Positions 62,315 to 64,000 of a stretch of 64,000 nt of DNA are shown piece by piece. Made by a program: the position numbers and the translations under genes. Under the pieces are notes generated by a model. That model searched no databases, had not been told where the DNA came from, and was given only the letters and a program-made list of their open reading frames with translations. The first letter of the stretch is position 1, and the number at the start of each line of letters is the position of its first letter. Source of the DNA: Fibrobacterales bacterium (GTDB taxonomy: Bacteria > Fibrobacterota > Fibrobacteria > Fibrobacterales > JAOPTW01); contig JAOPTX010000032.1 in assembly GCA_051532055.1 (NCBI GenBank), forward strand, positions 1 to 64,000. The letters run 5' to 3'.

Positions 62315-62806
62315 GTTTTTTCTTTACTCGTGTTGCGAGAATGTGGGTGATATCACCCATGATAATGAGACAAAAATACATTCCTCTCAGGGGTCAAACC
62401 AGTCGTAATTCTATAAAGCGTATGACTTTACATAAAGTTAACAGTGTAAAAACTTTGTTTTCTCAGAGTTCAATTTTATCACTTTACATAGCTTTTCCTA
62501 TCAATAGTAGGACTCTCTCTAGCACCCCATTAAAACTTAAGCACTGACATTTCAAAAAAAAACATATAAGCCTTTCTACAGTGGATACTCTTCTTTTGTA
62601 GCGTTATTTAACGGGAACATTTTTCCGAAAACTGAAGGTTAAACAGTAATCACATTTTAATCAAATGATACTTACCACTTTTTTACATTGTAAATTTTTA
62701 TTACATTGCGGTCAGGACATAGATACAGAGTATTCCTGTAAGTTTATGGATCACTCTAATACTATCCTACTATCGACTTCGATATTCAACCATAAGGCAG
62801 GACTCC

Positions 62807-63187
62807 ATGAATAGGTATCTCGGCATCAGTATAGTTTTTATCATTCTTTTTTTAGTCGTAAAAGCTCAATTTATGGACGACCCTCCAGTTCCTCATTTTA
62901 ATAACAAGCCAAATAAAACACACCTCTATATTACGAGCGATTCCTTAGCTGCACACCTTGGCACAAGCCCAAATAGCGGAACTATCGATCACTATCTTAG
63001 CTACCGCGATAGAATAAAAATTCATGAGCGCAACAATGGATGGGTTCGTTTTACCAATTACTTTGATGGTAAAAAACTTGGACTGACGGGTGATGCAGCA
63101 TTTTGGGTCAATGAAGCATTTCTGAGTAGGGTACAACCTCCTGCCAAAGAGAATACAGCGCTTGATAGCGTTGATCTCGTAGAGTAA
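62807..63187 (+). CDS. Membrane-anchored bacterial SH3-like domain protein
   Basis: YITSDSL...SPN..IHERNNGWVRF..WV...FLS; SD AGGA. Confidence 0.7.
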   Translation: MNRYLGISIVFIILFLVVKAQFMDDPPVPHFNNKPNKTHLYITSDSLAAHLGTSPNSGTIDHYLSYRDRIKIHERNNGWVRFTNYFDGKKLGLTGDAAFWVNEAFLSRVQPPAKENTALDSVDLVE

Positions 63188-63309
63188 TTGCAAGAGCCCC
63201 TTTTTTCAAATACAGATTTGAATCAAATACTCATTATGAGTCTTCATTATTAAAAAGGACCCATACTCCCTTCTACTATTTTTTACGTTATCCATAAAAA
63301 AGGTACACT

Positions 63310-63684
63310 ATGGATATTCGGTATGGGATAATAGCAGCAATCTTCGGAGCGCTTGGTGTCATAATAGGGGCGTTTGGTGCCCATGGACTTAAAAGCATTT
63401 TAAACCACCATCAAACTCTCGATACTTTTCAAACAGGTGTTCACTATCAATTTTATCATACACTTGCTCTCTGCATAATAGCACTCTGTATTAAATTCTA
63501 TCCCAACCCGATGCTTCACTGGGCTGCCCTCTCAATGATTACTGGTATCATACTTTTTTCAGGATCTCTTTATATTTTAAGTCTTACCGGAGTAAAAACA
63601 TGGGGTGCGGTTACACCATTTGGTGGTGTCCTTTTAATATCTGGCTGGGTACTTCTTGGCATGTCCCTCTACCAACACAGGTAA
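63310..63684 (+). CDS. DUF423 (YgdD/TMEM256) membrane protein
   Basis: GAFGAHGL, YQFYH, GIILFSGSLY, GAVTPFGG. Confidence 0.92.
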   Translation: MDIRYGIIAAIFGALGVIIGAFGAHGLKSILNHHQTLDTFQTGVHYQFYHTLALCIIALCIKFYPNPMLHWAALSMITGIILFSGSLYILSLTGVKTWGAVTPFGGVLLISGWVLLGMSLYQHR

Positions 63685-63703
63685 CCTCTATCCAATGTAA
63701 AAG

Positions 63704-63739
63704 AAAAGCCATGTAAGGGACTCCCTACATGGCTTTTTT
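63704..63739. terminator. Bidirectional intrinsic terminator
   Basis: AAAAGCCATGTA..TACATGGCTTTTTT. Confidence 0.85.
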
Positions 63740-63762
63740 AATCAATCGAGTGTGCTATACTA

Positions 63763-63999
63763 TTATGGACTTGTGGTACTGGACGAACTCAATGGTTCTG
63801 CAGTATCATACCATTCATCAGCCTCAATGAGCGCAGCTTCGACACTTTCTATAACTGAGTCTGCACATGCTGGTTTTAAAGTATCACGACATTTATTCGT
63901 TCCATCTTCTTGATACCGAACTCTCCACGGCTTATTTGAATAATCAAGGGTTCCATCAGTAACAGTTCCGACACCAAGAGAGTCTCTTTCATCTGTTCT
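63763..63999 (-). CDS. 3' end of a gene entering from beyond the window
   Basis: Open frame RTDERDSLGVG...PLSSSSTTSP* running off the right edge, with its stop next to the terminator. Confidence 0.7.
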   Translation of the reverse strand, partial: RTDERDSLGVGTVTDGTLDYSNKPWRVRYQEDGTNKCRDTLKPACADSVIESVEAALIEADEWYDTAEPLSSSSTTSP

Positions 64000-64000
64000 A

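Noticed and set aside
62315..62806. Long AT-rich intergenic region and 68-aa ORF 62341-62547
   Set aside because: No SD, motif or stable structure seen; consistent with divergent promoters

Overview
Bacterial chromosomal window, AT-rich. It is most likely Fibrobacterota/FCB group, inferred from a Ser-rich lipoprotein linker, a T9SS-like C-terminal domain and TAnnTTTG promoter motifs. The left end (1-1311) is the decaying tail of an integron cassette array: one near-complete attC, two damaged attC sites, and no integrase in the window. Housekeeping genes (purM, cysS, clpP, ftsY, trpB, aroC, truD, rlhA-like U32, ldhA plus lactate permease) are interspersed with many signal-transduction genes: five histidine kinases (three of them close paralogues), an MCP with a separate Cache protein, CBS-GGDEF, HDOD and two YfiR proteins, but no stand-alone response regulator. 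Three candidates stand out. (1) An ECF sigma / membrane anti-sigma / exported caspase-family protease / lipoprotein operon (44903-48949), with an R-x-[K/R]-G motif in both the anti-sigma and the caspase. (2) A YfiR / hybrid kinase / TonB-receptor-like operon ending in a 64-aa lipoprotein that copies the receptor's N-terminal periplasmic motif (50918-56506). (3) A structured non-coding region upstream of purM with a candidate ncRNA and a duplicated ~130-bp palindromic element (12396-13042). No rRNA, tRNA or CRISPR array was seen. All family assignments come from motif recognition by eye, not from database searches.
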